Source: Octopus sinensis (taxonomy: Eukaryota). From it: DNA of 26,648 nucleotides. Every line of letters begins with the position of its first letter. The stretch's first letter is position 1. The notes beneath the pieces are model-generated. The model was not told the origin of the DNA, did not search any database, and worked only from the letters and a program-made list of their open reading frames with translations. The translations under genes and the position numbers were made by a program. The stretch covers positions 1 through 26,648 of the forward strand of contig NW_021834728.1 in the NCBI RefSeq assembly GCF_006345805.1, read 5' to 3'. Below are positions 21,357 to 26,648 of the stretch, piece after piece.

Positions 21357-21929
21357 AATTTATATGTATTTATGCATATATATATATATATATATAAATA
21401 CATAGATAGACAAGTTTGAGCGTGTACGTGTGTGCATGTATGCACCATTCTATGTAAGTAATTGTTACGTATATAAATATATGTATAGATAGATAGATAT
21501 ATGTATGTGTGTTGTAACTATGTATACATATAAATATATGTTTATATTTCATTACCACACACACACACACACATATATCTACGTGTGTGTATACGTTTAT
21601 ATAAGCTACTTCCTATATATGTAACTACGTATATATAAATGCATATACGCACATATGTATGTGGACATAGGTTCGTCTGTACATGTGTGTCTGTGTGTCC
21701 GTGTGTCTGTGTGTCCCTCATTGATCAATGCCTGGACAGTTTTGATTAAGTATATATATCTGACAATCTGTGGTGTCAGAGAAAGGACAAGGTCGCTTCA
21801 ACATCAAAGAGAATTTGTCGATGTAACACCAACGTTGTCTGTCTGTTCGTCGGCGTGTCTGCGCGTCAGTATGTCTGTGTGTCTGTGTGTCGGTCTACTG
21901 GTGACAACAACGGTGCTGATGCGAAGGAC

Positions 21930-21940
21930 AGTGATGACGG

Positions 21941-21979
<39 letters not shown>

Positions 21980-22327
21980 CGATGATGGTGATGATGATGA
22001 TGATGATGATGGTGGTGGCGATGATGATGATGATGATGATGATGTTTGTGATGACGATTATGATGATGATGGAAGTGGTGGTAATGAAGATAATGGTAAG
22101 AATAATGGCGTTATTAATGAATATTATATAATGAAGATGATGATGATGATGATGATGATGATGAAAATGATGATGCGGGGGCTGCTGCTGTTGGTAATGT
22201 TGATGGTGGAGATGATTGTGGTGGTGGTGGTGGTGATGGTGGAGGTGAACAACATGATCATGTTGCTACAGTTCTTGTTGATGATGATGATGATGATATA
22301 ATGATGATGATGATGATGATGATGATA

Positions 22328-22360
<33 letters not shown>

Positions 22361-22366
22361 GTGGTA

Positions 22367-22444
<78 letters not shown>

Positions 22445-22447
22445 ATG

Positions 22448-22533
<86 letters not shown>

Positions 22534-23015
22534 GACGACGACCGACGAGGACAATGTCGACGATGAGGACAACGACGACGACGACGATGACGATGATGAT
22601 GGCGAAGATGGCGATGATGTCGGTGGTGAATCACAAACTCGTTCCTGTCCGTGTATTGATGACAAACGAAACGCTGACATAATCAATGAAGGAAAGTGAC
22701 GATGGTCAAGCAATAATACCGATGATGATGATGATGATGATGGTCATGGTGGTGGTATTGGTTGTGCTGCTACCACTGCCGCTGCTGCTTCCTGTAGTAA
22801 TGTTACCTACGCTCATCTGCTGCTCCTGATAATGATGATAATAGTGTTGATGATGATGGTGATGATAATGATAATGATGATGATGAGGATGATGAGGATG
22901 ATGTTGATGATGATAATGATGATGATGAGGATGATGAGGATGATGTTGATGATGATAATGATGATGATGAGGAGGAGGATGATGATGATGCTGATGATGC
23001 TGATGATGCTGATGA
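21930..23015. repeat. (GAT)n-dominated trinucleotide region
   Basis: Read directly; includes 42-bp higher-order units near 22876-22975. Confidence 0.95.
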
Positions 23016-23335
23016 TATATACAAGTCTAGAAAGCTTGTTATTGATGATGTCCTTCTGTTTCTCCAAGAATATTTACCAGACTCCACCGACACCCACATC
23101 CATATATATACACCTCTGTTAAATAACAGTCGAAACGGTGTTTTTATCCTAACACCCAACCTCTACACATTGTATTACGCATATCAGCATCCATACCTTT
23201 GTGTATATTGTGTATATTTTGTATATGGTATATGGTTGTATGGTCTATAGTCAATTTTTACACACATCTACATATCTTTACACTACATCAATGGTAAGAG
23301 TCAATATTTAGGCCCTCATATATATATATATATAT

Positions 23336-23508
23336 GGAGAGTTCATAAAAAAACAAAAGACGAAGACAGGTGGTGTAGACATCAAACATATGTATTAGTA
23401 TAACACTCGGGAAGTGAAAATGTCTTCAACGTTTCGAGCCTACGCTCTTCTACAGAAAGCAACACAGAAAGAAACAAGAAGAGAAAATAAAGAATGTGTA
23501 GTGGCTAG

Positions 23509-23511
<3 letters not shown>
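23336..23511 (-). mobile_element. Short Penelope-like remnant with degenerate minimal hammerhead motif
   Basis: Minus strand CTGTAGA-A-GAGC-GTAG-GCTC-GAAA-CGTT (23455-23428) followed by ACTTCCCGAG..ACCTGTCTTCGTCTTTTGTTTTT, as in 9531-9642; (TA)n on both sides. Confidence 0.6.
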
Positions 23512-23592
<81 letters not shown>

Positions 23593-23611
23593 GTATATAT
23601 ATAATTTATAC

Positions 23612-23666
<55 letters not shown>

Positions 23667-23870
23667 ATATATATATATATGTACATGGATATATATATAT
23701 ATATATACATACGCAAAATTACATATACATAGATACATACATACGTACATACGCACATTCATATATATACATACATACGTACAGACGTACATACATACAT
23801 ACATGCACACATATACACACATGTAATACATAGATACATACACACATATAGCTATGTATACACACATGTG
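23512..23870. repeat. (TA)n/(TACA)n microsatellite
   Basis: Read directly. Confidence 0.95.
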
Positions 23871-24441
23871 TCAATATTCATGCATATACACAATTGTTTC
23901 TGCATGTGTCTGTATATAACTGCATATGTGTATGTGTGTGTGTGTCCCCGTGCGTATGCGGTGTGTGTGTTTGTGTGTGTGTGTATGTACACTCACACAA
24001 ACACATTTATACACGCCATTGCTACATTCTCCGTTGAAATACCATCCCAGAAACAGACAGGAAATTTTTGATATTTATGTAACAACATTCTACAAACAAC
24101 ACCAGACATAGATTAACACACACACACACACAAAATCATACACTCAACACACGAATTCATATATACACACATATATTTCTACACACACAGAGAGACGCAC
24201 AGACGCACTATATACATTGATTCGTAGAAAAGGAGCCAGTTATATTTATGGCAACTTCGGGAAGGAAATATTCATGTCTGAAAAAGCGAAGAATTCTGTA
24301 TGGAAATCCTATACTATCTCCCAGAACCTGGTATTTTAGCTATCTGGTATTTATCTACACGTGTATATGTTTGTTTACTTTGGTATGTAAATATGTGTAG
24401 ATTTATGTGTATATATTTCTCTTTCAAACGTTCTAACTTTT

Positions 24442-24450
24442 TATCCATCC

Positions 24451-24517
<67 letters not shown>

Positions 24518-24518
24518 C

Positions 24519-24606
<88 letters not shown>

Positions 24607-24699
24607 GTCTGTCTGTCTGTCTGTCAGTCTGTTTGTCTTTTTGTCTGTTTGTCTGTATATCTATCTCTCTCTCTATCTATCTATCTATCTATCTATCTA

Positions 24700-24748
<49 letters not shown>

Positions 24749-24760
24749 GTCTATCTCTAA
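24442..24760. repeat. (TATC)n/(TGTC)n tetranucleotide array
   Basis: Read directly. Confidence 0.95.
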
Positions 24761-25216
24761 CTGGTCGTCTGTCCGTCTGTGTGAGTGCGTGTGTCTATGT
24801 GTATCTGTCTGTCTGTCTATTTGTATTCATATTTACACACGCACATTTATATGTGGTATACATCTGAGTGTATATATATATATGTATTCATGTAAATATG
24901 CGTGTGCGAATCTCACTCTCTTTCTCCCCCCACACACACATACACACATATATAAATATATGCATGTATCCAATATATGTAATAATAACACAATGTTTGT
25001 GCATGCACAGACTCACGTACACATGGGCACACACACGCATACACACAGAGGCACACATAGAAACTCATACACATGCGCATGTCTTTATAAGCCTTTCACC
25101 TGAAAAAGTGAGCGTCGGTTTTGTAATTATCTTCCAATGCATAAAAACCCCGAACCTTCCCTGTGTTACATACTCCCACTACCATTACTAAGTCACACAC
25201 ACACACACACACACAC

Positions 25217-25265
<49 letters not shown>

Positions 25266-25685
25266 CACACACACACAGACACATACATACATACACACAC
25301 AGACAAGAATTTTCCTTACTTATATATTCAACTCGCAGCACACTTTAATTTTTTTTACTTGTCTGTCTTGCTAAACCTACCTGGATTTGAATATTGTTCT
25401 TGGAGAGTGATATTTAGCTGGTATCTTTGCAGACTTAATTTTTGTCTATGCATGTGTGTGTATATTTTTATGTATATATATGTGTGTATATATATATATC
25501 TGTGTGTGCATATATTTTTATGTATGATACACACACACACACACCACACATTATATATAATATATAAGCATATATATGTATATGTATATATAAGTATATA
25601 TTGTCTATGTATGTGTGTATATATATATGTATATATGTGTATATATATATATGTCTATGTATGTGTGCATATATTTTTATGTATG

Positions 25686-25718
<33 letters not shown>

Positions 25719-26020
25719 TATGTATGTCTATGTATGTGTGTTTATATATGTTTATATATGATGTGTGTATATAAATGTGTGCGTGTGTGTGTAGTTGTGT
25801 GTTTTTTTATCATGTTGAACCGTTAAACCCTTGCACATTTTTCTTCTCTCCGTTTGTTTCCGTACTGTCTATATTTTTCCTCTCTCACCCCTCTCTGTCC
25901 AAGAACATAGGCTCGAAAGGTCAAATACTTTTCCAGTCTTCCCAAGTGTTAAACTATTACAGCTGCTTGTTGCTCCCTTCCCCGTCTCCACATTTTTGTT
26001 TCTGTAAATTTGAACTACAC

Positions 26021-26053
<33 letters not shown>

Positions 26054-26150
26054 TATTAGTTGATAAATCGCATGGAATAGACGTGAAAGTTCACAGGTAA
26101 AGCACTTTCATTTTCCATCTTCCATCTTTCGTCTCAAATATAGATATATA

Positions 26151-26382
26151 CAGGGTGTTCAAAAAGTCTCTCCGCATTAAGTATTTAACTTTTTTCGGGC
26201 AATTCTTGTACACTGAGCCTTTACTTACTCCCCAGAAAAAAATGTCTGCCAGTGTTAAATCAGGTTGACTTGTTGGCCAAAGTCCCTTCGAAATAATCCG
26301 TTCACCGAAAAACTCTTGAAGTAGCACCATGGTGATGCACAGGATGAATAAAAATTCACTGAGGTGAAAATTTTTAAACCTG
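26151..26382 (-). mobile_element. Tc1/mariner-superfamily deletion derivative with transposase C-terminal fragment
   Basis: FFGERIISKGLWPTSQPDLTLADIFFWGVSKGSVY matches the WPxxSPDLxPxDFFLWGxLKxxVY motif; ends TA|CAGGGTGTTCAAAAAG and a degenerate TTTTTAAACCTG|TA. Confidence 0.8.
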
Positions 26383-26384
26383 TA

Positions 26385-26580
26385 TCATCATCATCATCAT
26401 CATCGTTTAACGTCCGTTTTCCGCGCTAGCACGGGTTGGACGGTTCGACCGGGGTCTGGGGAGTCAGGGGCTGCCCCAGGCTCCAGTCTGGTCTGGCAGT
26501 GTTTCTACAGCTGGATGCCCTTCCTAACGCCAACTACTCCGCGAGTGTAGTGGGTGCTTTTTATGTGCCACCTGCACAGG
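26385..26580 (-). mobile_element. Retroposon (SINE/LINE) 3' end with (GAT)n tail
   Basis: Minus strand TGGCGTTAGGAAGGGCATCCAGCTGTAGAAAC..GGACGTTAAAC(GAT)n; GC-rich block ending in a trinucleotide tail. Confidence 0.65.
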
Positions 26581-26648
26581 TATATGAATGAATTATATTG
26601 GTTTCAAACTTTGCCACAAGGCCAGCTAGATAATGGGGTGGCGGTGTA

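Noticed and set aside
24215-24285. Minus-strand acceptor TTTTTCAG followed by a short open frame (HEYFLPEVAINITGSF)
   Set aside because: No good donor and no recognisable homology.

Overview
Repeat-saturated, AT-rich eukaryotic DNA with no intact, recognisable protein-coding gene. The SINE families and the very high microsatellite density suggest an octopod cephalopod (Octopus-like) intron or intergenic region; this is inferred from recalled repeat motifs, not from a search. Almost every ORF in the track is a translation of (TA)n, (CA)n, (TATC)n, (GAT)n or (CAC)n repeats. Supported content: two tRNA-derived SINE families in many copies, one with an exceptional 89-bp flanking duplication; a complete 395-bp non-autonomous Helitron; a decayed Helitron Pif1-helicase gene with a related 3' terminus; a hAT deletion derivative with TIRs and an 8-bp TSD; a Tc1/mariner remnant; 3' ends of CR1 and other LINEs; several short (TA)n-embedded elements with degenerate Penelope-type hammerhead-ribozyme motifs and long inverted repeats; and a few unique islands with regulatory-looking motif clusters (CTCF/PBX/MEIS; YY1/ETS/CRE/E2F; K50 homeodomain). 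I found no clearly new biological system. The best leads are the hammerhead-like mini-elements, the 89-bp TSD, and a possible promoter and exon spliced onto the Pif1 remnant.
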